DNA of 64,000 nucleotides from Vicinamibacterales bacterium (GTDB taxonomy: Bacteria > Acidobacteriota > Vicinamibacteria > Vicinamibacterales > 2-12-FULL-66-21), in NCBI GenBank assembly GCA_036401215.1, contig DASWVN010000164.1:9611-73610 (forward strand), written 5' to 3'. The translations under genes and the position numbers were made by a program. Numbering within the stretch: position 1 is the stretch's first letter; each line of letters opens with the position of its first letter. This document shows, piece after piece, positions 34,177-43,480 of this stretch. A model generated the notes under the pieces. The model made no database searches and was not told the origin of the DNA. It saw nothing but the letters and a program-made list of their open reading frames with translations.

Positions 34177-34866
34177 ATGATCCGGCCCCGTCCCGTCGTC
34201 CTGGTCAGCGCGCTCGCAGTGGTGCTGACGTGTGTGCCGGGCCTCGCCGCTGCGCAGGTGATCCCCGGCGGTGCCAGGCCGGGCAAGGGCACCGTGGAGT
34301 TCACCGGCGGCGGATTGTGGACGGCGGGCAAGAGCCACCCGTCGGTCCCCGCATCGCTCACGCCCAACCCCACGGGAGGGCAGTCATCGTTCGAGTTGTT
34401 CACCGCCGAACCACGAATCGGCCAGGCGTTCGGCGGGCAGGCATTGCTTGCGGTCTATCTCACGCCCTCGCTGGCGATCGAAGGAGGCTTTCAGTATTCG
34501 CGGCCGACGCTGGAGGTGAAACTCGGCGACGATTTCGAGGAGGCCGCCGACGTCACCGCGCGCTCGACGCTCGACTCGTACTTGTTCACCGGCTCGCTCG
34601 TCTATCACTTCGCCACGCGCGGCAACACGGTGCCGTTCATCGCCGCGGGGGCCGGCCACATCCGCGATGCGGCCGAGGGGTACGAGGTCGTCGAAACCGG
34701 CATCGAGTATCACGGCAATGTCGGCGTCAAATCGTGGTTCGGCCGCGTGCGTAAATGGGGATGGCGCGCCGAAGCCGGGATCTCGGTGCGGGACGGCGGG
34801 TTCAACTTCGACGACGACGTGCGGATCGCACCCCGAGCGGCGTTCTCACTCCTGTATCTGTTTTAG
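34177..34866 (+). CDS. Outer-membrane beta-barrel protein (OmpW/OmpA-barrel-like)
   Basis: AAGGA SD then MIRPRPVVLVSALAVVLTCVPGLAAAQ signal peptide. Alternating beta-strand pattern with C-terminal ...FSLLYLF. Confidence 0.7.
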   Translation: MIRPRPVVLVSALAVVLTCVPGLAAAQVIPGGARPGKGTVEFTGGGLWTAGKSHPSVPASLTPNPTGGQSSFELFTAEPRIGQAFGGQALLAVYLTPSLAIEGGFQYSRPTLEVKLGDDFEEAADVTARSTLDSYLFTGSLVYHFATRGNTVPFIAAGAGHIRDAAEGYEVVETGIEYHGNVGVKSWFGRVRKWGWRAEAGISVRDGGFNFDDDVRIAPRAAFSLLYLF

Positions 34867-35709
34867 CGGTTCGTCGGAGAGGTCGTAGTAAGCGATCGTC
34901 CGTCCGGCCCAATCGGCACCCGATTGGCCGTTCAGTCCGACGGCGACGCCGTCCTTCCATTCCAGCCTCGTTCGGTGCACGTGGCCGCAGAGCACGAGCC
35001 GCGCCCCCGACGCCGAGACCGCGTCCCAGAACCGGCTGCGGTGCGGTTCGGGGATCTCCATCGGCACCCGCACTTCGTTGATGACGTGACGCAGCCAGCC
35101 GGACGGCTTCCATTGAAACTGCGGCGCCTCGAGCGGGAAGTGGTGGACGAGCAGAAGGAGCGGACCGTCGTCGGGCAGGCCGCGCAGCCAGGTCAGCTCC
35201 CGCCGGCGTACCCTGCCGATGGCGTGGTGCACCGTGGTCGAGCGGAGACCGATCTTCAAAGGCCGCCAGGGGACCGGCACCGTATCGACTCCCGCGATCC
35301 GCCAGCCACCCGGCAGTGTCTTGACGAAGGGCGGCATCGATGCGACGCCTGGCGCGCGGCGTTCGACGGCGTTGTAGAACAGACGCTTTCTCAGCCTCAC
35401 GAGCGGCGGCGGGTCCCAGAATCGCAGCACGAGCCGCCAGAGATCCGCGGTGCGCCGGGGGTGGCCGCCGCTCGACGCCAGATCGTGATTGCCGTGGATG
35501 ATGGTCAGCCGGTTCGCGTCGAGGAAGTCGTGCGCGGCGAGTGCATCGAGCGCGCGATCCAGAAGGACGGGATCCCATCGGTCGAGCAGGTCGCCGGTGA
35601 TCGCCAGATGGGTGGGATGGTGCGCGGCAATCCGATCGAGCTGGCGCTTCAGCGCGCTGACGTCGTCGCTGTCCCGAAGGTGGAGATCAGACAGGTGGGC
35701 GATCAGCAC
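34846..35709 (-). CDS. Calcineurin-like metallophosphoesterase
   Basis: HLSDLH, TGDL, GNHD and CGHVH motifs. Confidence 0.85.
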   Translation of the reverse strand: MLIAHLSDLHLRDSDDVSALKRQLDRIAAHHPTHLAITGDLLDRWDPVLLDRALDALAAHDFLDANRLTIIHGNHDLASSGGHPRRTADLWRLVLRFWDPPPLVRLRKRLFYNAVERRAPGVASMPPFVKTLPGGWRIAGVDTVPVPWRPLKIGLRSTTVHHAIGRVRRRELTWLRGLPDDGPLLLLVHHFPLEAPQFQWKPSGWLRHVINEVRVPMEIPEPHRSRFWDAVSASGARLVLCGHVHRTRLEWKDGVAVGLNGQSGADWAGRTIAYYDLSDEPLKQIQE

Positions 35710-35786
35710 GCGTCATGATTATGTCCGGGGACAGCCTCGTTTTCACAACGGGCTGATCCCGGACATGGATGAGCTGTTCTCGTCGT

Positions 35787-36071
35787 TTACCGCTCGTCTT
35801 CGATGTAGTCACCCTCGGGGCGTGTCGAATCCGGGTTGCGCGTGCGATCCCGGTTGGTGCCGCGTTCCGGCAGCGCTTCCTGGTTGCCGATCTCGTCGGA
35901 CAGCGGACGATTGGTGATCCCGCCGGCATCCTCGCCGCTGCCCTCCTCGTAAAGGCGCTCCGGATGTTCGTCGCGGTCTGCATTCCTGACCGTATCCGGA
36001 TCCGACTCCCAGCGTTCCCCTTCTGCCTTGCTTTTGTTCGCGGCCTGGTTGGGCCGGTCCTGATCTGCCAT
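35787..36071 (-). CDS. Small highly charged, probably disordered hypothetical protein
   Basis: GGAGG lies 6 nt upstream of the ATG at 36071. MADQDRPNQAANKSKAEGERWESDPD... has no hydrophobic core. Confidence 0.45.
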   Translation of the reverse strand: MADQDRPNQAANKSKAEGERWESDPDTVRNADRDEHPERLYEEGSGEDAGGITNRPLSDEIGNQEALPERGTNRDRTRNPDSTRPEGDYIEDER

Positions 36072-36170
36072 CCTCAACCTCCGCTGTCATCTGTGGCAAG
36101 CTGCGTACCGCGCTGCCTCGACCGCTCGGCCGAACTTGAATGGCAACGCCCGTTGGGAAATGATTAAAGG

Positions 36171-38921
36171 ATGGCCTCGCTCAATTCCTTCAATTCGCGT
36201 CACCGTTTCACCGCCGGTGGCAGCTCCTTCGAGTTCTATAGCCTTCCGGCGCTCGAGCGCTCCGGCTATCCCGAAATCGCCAGGCTGCCGTACTCGCTCA
36301 AGATCCTGCTGGAGAACCTGCTGAGGCGCGAGGACGGGCGCTTCGTCAAAGGCGACCAGGTCGAAGCGCTGGCGCGGCGCGACGTGACCGCCGGTACACA
36401 CAAGGAAATTGCGTTCACGCCTGCGCGCGTTCTGTTGCAGGACTTCACGGGCGTTCCGGCCGTGGTCGATCTCGCGGCGATGCGCGACGGGATCGTGCGC
36501 CTCGGTGGCGACCCGGCGAAAGTCAATCCGCTGCAACCGGTCGAACTGGTCATCGACCACTCGGTGCAGGTCGATCACTACGCCGAACGAAACGCGGCCG
36601 ACCTGAACGCGGCGCTGGAGTTCGCGCGAAACAAGGAGCGGTACACGTTCCTCCGCTGGGGACAGGAGGCCTTCCGGAACTTCCGCGTCGTTCCGCCCGA
36701 CACCGGCATCGTCCACCAGGTGAACCTCGAATACCTGGCGCGCGTCGTCTTCCGCGAGGACTCGAACGGCGTCACGATCGCCTACCCGGACACGCTGGTC
36801 GGCACCGACTCCCACACCACGATGGTCAACGGGCTCGGCGTCGTCGGCTGGGGTGTCGGCGGCATCGAGGCGGAGGCGGCAATGCTGGGGCAGCCGATCT
36901 CGATGCTCATTCCCGACGTGATCGGCTTCCATCTCGTGGGACGTCTTCCCGAAGGCGCAACCGCGACGGACCTCGTGCTCACGATCACGGAACGGCTCCG
37001 CAAGTTCGGCGTCGTCGGCAAGTTCGTCGAGTTCTTCGGACCCGGCCTCGAGTCGCTGACCATTGCCGACCGTGCCACGCTCGGCAACATGTCGCCCGAG
37101 TACGGCGCGACGATCGCCATCTGCCCGATCGACGACATGACGCTCGACTACCTGCGGCTCACCGGCCGTGACGAGGCGCACGTGCAGCTCGTCGAGGCGT
37201 ACGCGAAGGAGCAGGGGCTGTTCAGCGGCGCCGGCGCGCCGGAGCCGGTCTACACGGCGACGATCGAGCTGGATCTTTCGACCGTCGAACCCAGCCTCGC
37301 CGGACCGAAGCGTCCGCAGGACCGCGTGTCGCTCCGCCAGGCGAAGAGCAAATTCGAGCAGGCGCTCGCCTCGATGCTGACCGACGGCAAAGCGGCGGCG
37401 CCGGCGGCGGCCGCCAGGCCGGGCGACGCGGCACCGGCGGCGGCATCCGCCGCGAGCGCCGCGGCGACCGCCACGCTCGAGCTGACCCCCGAGATCGACG
37501 ATCTCGATCATGGATCGGTCGTCGTCGCGGCGATCACGAGCTGTACGAACACGTCCAATCCGAGCGTCATGATCGGCGCCGGCCTGCTGGCGCGCAACGC
37601 GGTCCAGCGCGGGTTGACGGTGAAGCCATGGGTGAAGACGAGTCTCGCGCCGGGCTCGCTCATCGTCACCGAGTACTACAAGGCCTCTGGGCTGCTCCAG
37701 TACCTCGAGAAGCTCGGGTTCCACGTCGTCGGGTATGGGTGCACGACCTGTATCGGCAACAGCGGCCCGCTGCCCGACGAGGTGTCGAAGGCGGTCAGGG
37801 ACAAGAACCTCGTCGTCGTGTCGGTGTTGAGCGGCAACCGGAACTTCGAAGGACGCATCCAGTCGCAGGTGCGCGCGAACTACCTGGCCTCTCCGCCGCT
37901 GGTCGTCGCGTATGCGATCGCCGGGAAGATGCAGATCGATCTCACCAGCGAGCCGCTGGGCATCGGATCCGACGGCAAGCCGGTGTATCTGAAGGACATC
38001 TGGCCGTCGGAGCGCGAAATCCAGGAAACGATGCTCAAGTCGGTGAAGACCGAGATGTTCCAATCGAAGTACTCGGAAGTCTTCGACGGCGACGAGCGGT
38101 GGCGCGAGCTGCCGGTGCCGACGGGCGAGCAGTTCGCGTGGGACGATGAGTCGACCTACATCCGCAATCCTCCGTTCTTCGAGGGGATCACGCCCGAGCC
38201 TGCGGCGCCGGCCGACATCACGGGAGCGCGCGTGCTCGCCCTGCTCGGCGACAGCGTCACGACCGACCACATTTCACCGGCGGGAGCGATCCCGGCCGAC
38301 AGCCCCGCAGGGCAGTACCTCATCTCGAAGGGCGTGAAGCCGCGCGACTTCAACTCCTACGGCGCACGCCGCGGGAACCACGAAGTGATGATGCGCGGCA
38401 CGTTCGCCAACATCCGCCTCCGGAACCAGCTCGCGCCCGGCACCGAGGGGGGCTGGACGTCGCTGTTGCCGGACGGCGAGGTGATGAGCATCTACGATGC
38501 GTCGGTGAAATACCGCGAGCGCAACGTGCCGCTGGTCGTGATCGCGGGCAAGGAGTACGGCTCGGGCTCCTCGCGCGACTGGGCGGCGAAGGGCACGCTG
38601 CTGTTGGGGGTCAAGGCGGTCATTGCCGAGAGCTTCGAGCGCATTCACCGCAGCAATCTCGTCAACATGGGGATCCTCCCGCTGCGCTTCAAGGACGGCG
38701 AGACTGCTGCATCCCTGAAGTTGACGGGACGCGAGACGATCGAGATCCTGGGGCTGACCGATTCGCTGAAGGCTGGAGCGGAACTGACGGTGCGCGCCAC
38801 GGGTGAGGACGGCGCCGTTCGGGAGTTCACGGCGATTGCGCGGATCGATACGCCCGAGGAACTGGTCGCGTTCCGGCACGGAGGGATCCTGCCGTACGTG
38901 CTGCGGCAGCTGACGAAGTAG
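36171..38921 (+). CDS. acnA: Aconitate hydratase A
   Basis: 916 aa with full AcnA/IRP-type architecture: [45 protein letters not shown]. Confidence 0.95.
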   Translation: MASLNSFNSRHRFTAGGSSFEFYSLPALERSGYPEIARLPYSLKILLENLLRREDGRFVKGDQVEALARRDVTAGTHKEIAFTPARVLLQDFTGVPAVVDLAAMRDGIVRLGGDPAKVNPLQPVELVIDHSVQVDHYAERNAADLNAALEFARNKERYTFLRWGQEAFRNFRVVPPDTGIVHQVNLEYLARVVFREDSNGVTIAYPDTLVGTDSHTTMVNGLGVVGWGVGGIEAEAAMLGQPISMLIPDVIGFHLVGRLPEGATATDLVLTITERLRKFGVVGKFVEFFGPGLESLTIADRATLGNMSPEYGATIAICPIDDMTLDYLRLTGRDEAHVQLVEAYAKEQGLFSGAGAPEPVYTATIELDLSTVEPSLAGPKRPQDRVSLRQAKSKFEQALASMLTDGKAAAPAAAARPGDAAPAAASAASAAATATLELTPEIDDLDHGSVVVAAITSCTNTSNPSVMIGAGLLARNAVQRGLTVKPWVKTSLAPGSLIVTEYYKASGLLQYLEKLGFHVVGYGCTTCIGNSGPLPDEVSKAVRDKNLVVVSVLSGNRNFEGRIQSQVRANYLASPPLVVAYAIAGKMQIDLTSEPLGIGSDGKPVYLKDIWPSEREIQETMLKSVKTEMFQSKYSEVFDGDERWRELPVPTGEQFAWDDESTYIRNPPFFEGITPEPAAPADITGARVLALLGDSVTTDHISPAGAIPADSPAGQYLISKGVKPRDFNSYGARRGNHEVMMRGTFANIRLRNQLAPGTEGGWTSLLPDGEVMSIYDASVKYRERNVPLVVIAGKEYGSGSSRDWAAKGTLLLGVKAVIAESFERIHRSNLVNMGILPLRFKDGETAASLKLTGRETIEILGLTDSLKAGAELTVRATGEDGAVREFTAIARIDTPEELVAFRHGGILPYVLRQLTK

Positions 38922-39021
38922 GGAACAGGGAATAGGGACCAGGGATCAGGGAATAGGGATGGGGGGGGAATGGGGGATGAGGGTTACCCATCCCTCATGC
39001 CCCGTCCCCCATTCCTACTCC
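38921..39021. repeat. GGGAWYA heptamer array (38921-38982) with a short complementary C-rich arm (38990-39021)
   Basis: GGGAACAGGGAATAGGGACCAGGGATCAGGGAATAGGGATGGGGGGGGAATGGGGGATGAGGG ... ATCCCTCATGCCCCGTCCCCCATTCCTACTCC. Confidence 0.9.
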
Positions 39022-39028
39022 AGCCACC

Positions 39029-40060
39029 ATGCAAGCCGATCGGGTCAAAGCGCACGCGGCCGCGGCCGGATTCGATATCTGCGGTATCGCCCCACCTGCT
39101 GTCTTCCCCGAACTGTCGTTTCTGAAGGAGTGGATCGCGCTCGGCTACCACGGCGAGATGCACTACATGGCTCGCACGGCGGAGCGCCGGGCCGACGTGC
39201 GCGAGATCATGCCCACCGCGAAGGCCGTGATCATGCTCGGCACGGTCTACAACGCGCCGCGACCGTACTCCACCGCCAGCACTGATCCAGGCGACGCCGC
39301 CATCGCGCGATACGCGTGGGGAGACGATTACCACGTCGTGATCGAGGAGCGGATGCGGCGCCTCATCGAGGCGCTGGGCGAAGAGGCCGGCGCGTTCGAG
39401 TCGCGAGCCTACGTCGACACCGGTCCCGTGCAGGAGCGCGTCTATGCGAAATACGCCGGCCTGGGCTGGATCGGTAAGAACACGTGTCTGATCAATCGCG
39501 ACCTCGGGTCGTGGCTCTTCCTTTCGGCGATCATCTGCGACCTTCCGCTCGAGCCTGATACGCCGGCGCTGGACCATTGCGGCCGGTGCACGTTGTGCAT
39601 CGACGCGTGTCCGACCGGGGCGATCACGGCGCCGTATCGGCTGGACGCCAGGCGCTGCCTGTCGTATCTCACCATCGAGAACAAGGTGTCCATCCCGCTC
39701 GAATACCGGGACGCGGTCGGGGCTTATGCCTACGGCTGCGACATCTGCCAGGACGTCTGCCCGTGGAACCGAAAGGCAGCCGTGAGCCACGACGCTCCCT
39801 GGCAGCCCCGGGCCGGGCTCGACAGCCCCCGCCTGCTGGACCTCTGGACTCGGACGGATGACGGATTGCGCGCGCTGCTGAAGGGCAGTTCAATGAAGCG
39901 GGCGGGCGTCCGCCGGTTCCGGCGGAACCTGGCGACGTCGATCGGCAATTCCGGCGATCCGGCGGCCGCGGGGGAACTGACCCGCATGGACGAGGAGACG
40001 TGCAGGGATCCGCTCGTGGCCGAGCACGTCGCGTGGGCGGCGGAGAAGCTCGGTGGCTAA
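39029..40060 (+). CDS. queG: tRNA epoxyqueuosine(34) reductase
   Basis: CGRCTLCIDACPTGAI and CDICQDVCPWN ferredoxin motifs, plus a QueG N-domain. Confidence 0.9.
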   Translation: MQADRVKAHAAAAGFDICGIAPPAVFPELSFLKEWIALGYHGEMHYMARTAERRADVREIMPTAKAVIMLGTVYNAPRPYSTASTDPGDAAIARYAWGDDYHVVIEERMRRLIEALGEEAGAFESRAYVDTGPVQERVYAKYAGLGWIGKNTCLINRDLGSWLFLSAIICDLPLEPDTPALDHCGRCTLCIDACPTGAITAPYRLDARRCLSYLTIENKVSIPLEYRDAVGAYAYGCDICQDVCPWNRKAAVSHDAPWQPRAGLDSPRLLDLWTRTDDGLRALLKGSSMKRAGVRRFRRNLATSIGNSGDPAAAGELTRMDEETCRDPLVAEHVAWAAEKLGG

Positions 40061-40730
40061 GCGCAGCCGAGCTGGGCCTTCCCACGACCCGCGACCGGGC
40101 GAGCCGGTTTCGGAGTTGTTGCCCGATCGGCCGACGCTGGCGTCGGTCCGGGAAACCTCGAAGGGGTGCAAGGCCTGCGATCTTTACAAGCGTGGCACAC
40201 AGACCGTGTTCGGCGAGGGGCCCTCACGCGCGGAGATCATGATGGTCGGTGAGCAGCCAGGGGACGCCGAAGATGTGGCGGGCCAGCCGTTTGTCGGTCC
40301 GGCCGGGCGCCTGCTCGATCGCGCCCTCGAAGAAGCGGGGATCGACCGCTCGACCGTCTACGTCACGAATGTCGTCAAACACTTCAAATGGGAGCCGAGA
40401 GGCAAGCGCCGCATCCATGCCAAACCGAACGCCGCCGAAATCGGCGCGTGCCGTCCCTGGCTCGAGACCGAGATCGCGCTCGTGAAGCCGCGAGTGCTCG
40501 TCTGCCTCGGCGCCACTGCGGCCCAGGCGCTGCTGGGCCGCGGCTTCAAGGTCACGCAGCAGCGGGGCGAGTTCGTGGCTTCCGACCTGGCCCCGCTGGT
40601 GACCGCAACTGTCCATCCATCTTCCATCCTGCGCGCGTCCGACGACGAGTCGAGGCGCCGCGAGATGCAGGAGTTCGTCGCGGACCTCGCGAAGGTCGCG
40701 AAGACGCTCGCCCCACGGAGTAGCCCATGA
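40053..40730 (+). CDS. udgX: Family-4-type uracil-DNA glycosylase, UdgX-like (GEQPG motif plus KRRIH loop)
   Basis: CKACDLY...VFGEGP...MMVGEQPGDAEDVAGQPFVGPAG...VKHFKWEPRGKRRIHAKP...ACRPW...TVHPSSILR. Confidence 0.75.
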   Translation: MAKRSRAGPSHDPRPGEPVSELLPDRPTLASVRETSKGCKACDLYKRGTQTVFGEGPSRAEIMMVGEQPGDAEDVAGQPFVGPAGRLLDRALEEAGIDRSTVYVTNVVKHFKWEPRGKRRIHAKPNAAEIGACRPWLETEIALVKPRVLVCLGATAAQALLGRGFKVTQQRGEFVASDLAPLVTATVHPSSILRASDDESRRREMQEFVADLAKVAKTLAPRSSP

Positions 40731-41275
40731 CTGACGGATTCCGCCCGACCCTTCTTCTCTCCATGCCACAGATGCAGGACCCGAATTTCGCGAGGACCGT
40801 CGTGCTGCTCTGCGACTACGTGCCGGACGGCGCGTTCGGTCTGGTCCTGAACCGGCCGACCGACCTGCCGGCGAGCGAAATGGTGCGCCTCGATCCGCCG
40901 GTGTTGGCCGGTAACGCCTTGCCGTTGTTCATCGGCGGTCCGGTCCAGCCCGAGCGCGGGTGGATCCTCGTCGGAGAGCCGCCGGACGAAGCGGAGTTCC
41001 GGACGGTCATCGACGGTCTGTATCTCTCCACGTCACCGCAGTTGCTCCGGCGCGTGTTGCAGGCGAGGCCTGAACCGCGCGCACGCGTCGTGGCTGGTTA
41101 CGCGGGTTGGGGTCCGGGCCAGCTCGACGAAGAGCTGGCGCAGTCCTCGTGGTTGATGGCCGACGTACAACTCGACCTCGTATTCGACGTCGACGTGAAC
41201 GCGATGTGGGAGACCGCAATCCGGCGGCTGGGGGCCGATCCGCTGTTGCTGCAATCGAGTCCGGGCGTGCACTGA
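40727..41275 (+). CDS. YqgE/AlgH family protein (UPF0301)
   Basis: LLLSMPQMQDPNFARTVVLLCDY...GAFGLVLNRP; ATGA overlap with the upstream gene. Confidence 0.85.
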   Translation: MTDGFRPTLLLSMPQMQDPNFARTVVLLCDYVPDGAFGLVLNRPTDLPASEMVRLDPPVLAGNALPLFIGGPVQPERGWILVGEPPDEAEFRTVIDGLYLSTSPQLLRRVLQARPEPRARVVAGYAGWGPGQLDEELAQSSWLMADVQLDLVFDVDVNAMWETAIRRLGADPLLLQSSPGVH

Positions 41276-41357
41276 GGCGCGACGCGGCAGCGCTCCACGC
41301 GCGAACGGGTGGCACTTCGCTTGCAGTTCGCCTCCGCATTGTCTGAGGAGGCACTGA

Positions 41358-41858
41358 ATGGCGGAAGAAATGAATCCCCTCGAAGAATTGCTCGAAGATG
41401 AATTGAAGGATCTGTACAGCGCGGAAAATCAGATCATCAAGGCGCTGCCCAAGATGGCCAAGGCCGCGGCGGCGCCGGAACTGCGACGGGCGTTCGAGCG
41501 GCACCTCGAGGAAACCCGGCGGCAGGTCGAGCGGCTCGAACAGATCGGCCAGGAACTCGAGATCAAACTCACAGGCAAGAAGTGCAAGGGCATGGAAGGC
41601 CTCATCGCCGAAGGCCGCGAGATCATGGAGGAGGATCTCGAGGAGTCAGCGCTCGATGCCGGCCTGATCGGCGCCGCGCAGAAGGTGGAGCACTACGAGA
41701 TCGCCGCATACGGCACGGCGCGCACCCACGCCGAGATGCTCGGCTACAAGCGCGTCGCGAAGCTGTTGCAGCAGACGCTCAACGAAGAAGGCGCGACGGA
41801 CAAGAAGCTCACGCAGCTAGCCGAGAACGTCGTCAATTACGAGGCGGCGCACGCGTAG
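41358..41858 (+). CDS. Ferritin-like DUF892 (YciE/YciF) family protein
   Basis: LEDELKDLYSAENQIIKALPKM...FERHLEETRRQVERLE...VEHYEIAAYG; GAGGAGG SD. Confidence 0.85.
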   Translation: MAEEMNPLEELLEDELKDLYSAENQIIKALPKMAKAAAAPELRRAFERHLEETRRQVERLEQIGQELEIKLTGKKCKGMEGLIAEGREIMEEDLEESALDAGLIGAAQKVEHYEIAAYGTARTHAEMLGYKRVAKLLQQTLNEEGATDKKLTQLAENVVNYEAAHA

Positions 41859-41876
41859 TACTCTCGCTCGCCGTCA

Positions 41877-42118
41877 GGTGCTGCGTGCTGGGGTGCTGGG
41901 TGCTACGTGCCCGTCGGTGCTGAGTGCTCGGTGCGGTGCTGGGTGCAAGGTGCCGGGGTGCTTCGTGCAAGTGCCGGGTGCTACGTGCTGGTGCGGTGCT
42001 GGGTGCTGGTGTGGTGCTACGTGCACCCAGCACCGGGCACAGCACCCAGCACCGGGCACCGCACCAGCACCGGGCACCGCCCGGCACCCAGCACCCAGCA
42101 CCCAGCACCCAGCACCCG
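41877..42118. repeat. ~240-nt palindrome of GGTGCTG-type heptamers (left arm 41877-42024, right arm CAGCACC 42028-42118)
   Basis: Read directly. The apex lies at GTGCAC near 42022-42027. The right arm ends in five perfect CAGCACC units. Confidence 0.9.
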
Positions 42119-42123
42119 GCGAT

Positions 42124-43443
42124 TTACTTGTTGATGATTTCGAGAAGGTAGTCGGTCGCCACCTTTGATTTGGGCAGGTGCGTGAGGCGGGCGACGATTT
42201 CGCGTTTGAGGGCCGGGTCGTTTTCCTTGCGCGCGATGGCGACGAGGGCCGCGGCGTCGCCCTGCATGCCCAGCGCGGAGATCACGGCGCGCTTGATCGT
42301 CGGATCCTTCTCCGCCGCGTAAAGTTCCACCAGCGTGCTTGAAGAGGCACTGCCGTGCATCCCCAGGCTGCGGATGGCGGCGCGACGCAGTTCGGGATCC
42401 GGTTCCGATTTGGCGATCCCGGTCAGCCGGGCCGTGTTGCCTCCCATGGCCATGGCCGCAATGATCTGCCGCTTGATCTGCGGATCGGATTCCTTCGCGT
42501 AGAGCTGCGCCAGTTCCTCGTGGCCACCGTGCATCCCGAGCTGGCGCACGGCTTCGGCGCGGAGTTCGGGATTCTGCTCGGAGCGCGCGGCTTCGAGCAC
42601 TCGCGTCCGCTCACCCCCCATGCCGAGCGCCCGGATGATCTGCTTCTTCGCATCCACGTCGGTGGTCGATCCGTAGACCTCGACGAGGGTATTGCGGGCC
42701 TGCTGACCGCCGTGCATCCCGAGATACATGATCGCGCGGCTCTGAAGTTCGGGAGTCGCGTTGCCGCGAGCAATGCCCACGAGAACGTTCCGGGCCTGCG
42801 GTGAGTTGCTCTGCGCGAGCACGAAGAGCGCCCGCTCCTTGAGCTTCGGAGTGGCATTGCCGGTCAGGAGCTTCTCGAGCATGGGCACGGCCTGGTCCGG
42901 GGCGGAGTGCTGCAGCGCGGCGATTGCCATCAGCTTCAGGTCCTCGTCGGCCTGATCCTGCGGCCGCACCGGTTGTCCCGCATTGCGACGCACCTCCGCT
43001 TCGAGGGCTTGCGCCTGTTTGATGTAGCGGCTGTTCGGATGGTCGCGCGTCAGCGTCCCGATCGTCGTCAGGGCATCGGCGCGAAGCCCCTGCCGGTCCT
43101 GGGCGTAGGCTTTCCAGTACAGGGCCGCATCGGTGCGCGATCCCTTCTGCGCGAGGACCTCGTTGAACCGCTCGATCGCGCGCTCCCACTCGCTGTCGTA
43201 GATGTGCCGCATGGCGGCGTCGTAGACGCGATCCTCGCGGGCGCGCTGCCGGGCCTTCGCCGCTTCTGCGCGTTCAGCTTCGGCGAGCTTCCGGTCCTGG
43301 TCAGCAAAACCGGCGGCGAACCGCATCGAATGCGTCTTCGCCTCGAGCTGAAACCGCGTGCTCTCCGGCGGCTGGGCGAACGCCGGAGCGGCGGTGAGAA
43401 CGGTCCCAAAAACCAACGTGAACATCAGTGTGTGTGTCTGCAT
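42124..43443 (-). CDS. Secreted HEAT-repeat protein
   Basis: Signal peptide, a TPR-like N-part, then about 8 PBS-lyase/HEAT-like repeats (D/NPELRxxAxxxLGMHGG). Confidence 0.75.
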   Translation of the reverse strand: MQTHTLMFTLVFGTVLTAAPAFAQPPESTRFQLEAKTHSMRFAAGFADQDRKLAEAERAEAAKARQRAREDRVYDAAMRHIYDSEWERAIERFNEVLAQKGSRTDAALYWKAYAQDRQGLRADALTTIGTLTRDHPNSRYIKQAQALEAEVRRNAGQPVRPQDQADEDLKLMAIAALQHSAPDQAVPMLEKLLTGNATPKLKERALFVLAQSNSPQARNVLVGIARGNATPELQSRAIMYLGMHGGQQARNTLVEVYGSTTDVDAKKQIIRALGMGGERTRVLEAARSEQNPELRAEAVRQLGMHGGHEELAQLYAKESDPQIKRQIIAAMAMGGNTARLTGIAKSEPDPELRRAAIRSLGMHGSASSSTLVELYAAEKDPTIKRAVISALGMQGDAAALVAIARKENDPALKREIVARLTHLPKSKVATDYLLEIINK

Positions 43444-43480
43444 CGTGTCTATCCGTGTGCCGTGCCGTCGAAGGCAGCGC

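Noticed and set aside
36087-38270. A 727-aa minus-strand ORF opposite acnA. Similar long antisense ORFs occur at 26217..28658, 14328..15983, 50282..51982, 29270..31060, 22511..23926, 55037..56041 and 16767..17834.
   Set aside because: These are shadow ORFs, typical of GC-rich DNA. Their translations are Arg/Gly/Pro/Ala-rich low-complexity sequences with no recognisable motifs. The opposite strand encodes clearly recognisable proteins over the same coordinates.
41833-42168. Six overlapping 75-96-aa ORFs on both strands (GAGCWVLG..., STQHPAP... peptides).
   Set aside because: All are translations of the GGTGCTG/CAGCACC palindrome. There are no start-site signals and the composition is extremely low in complexity.
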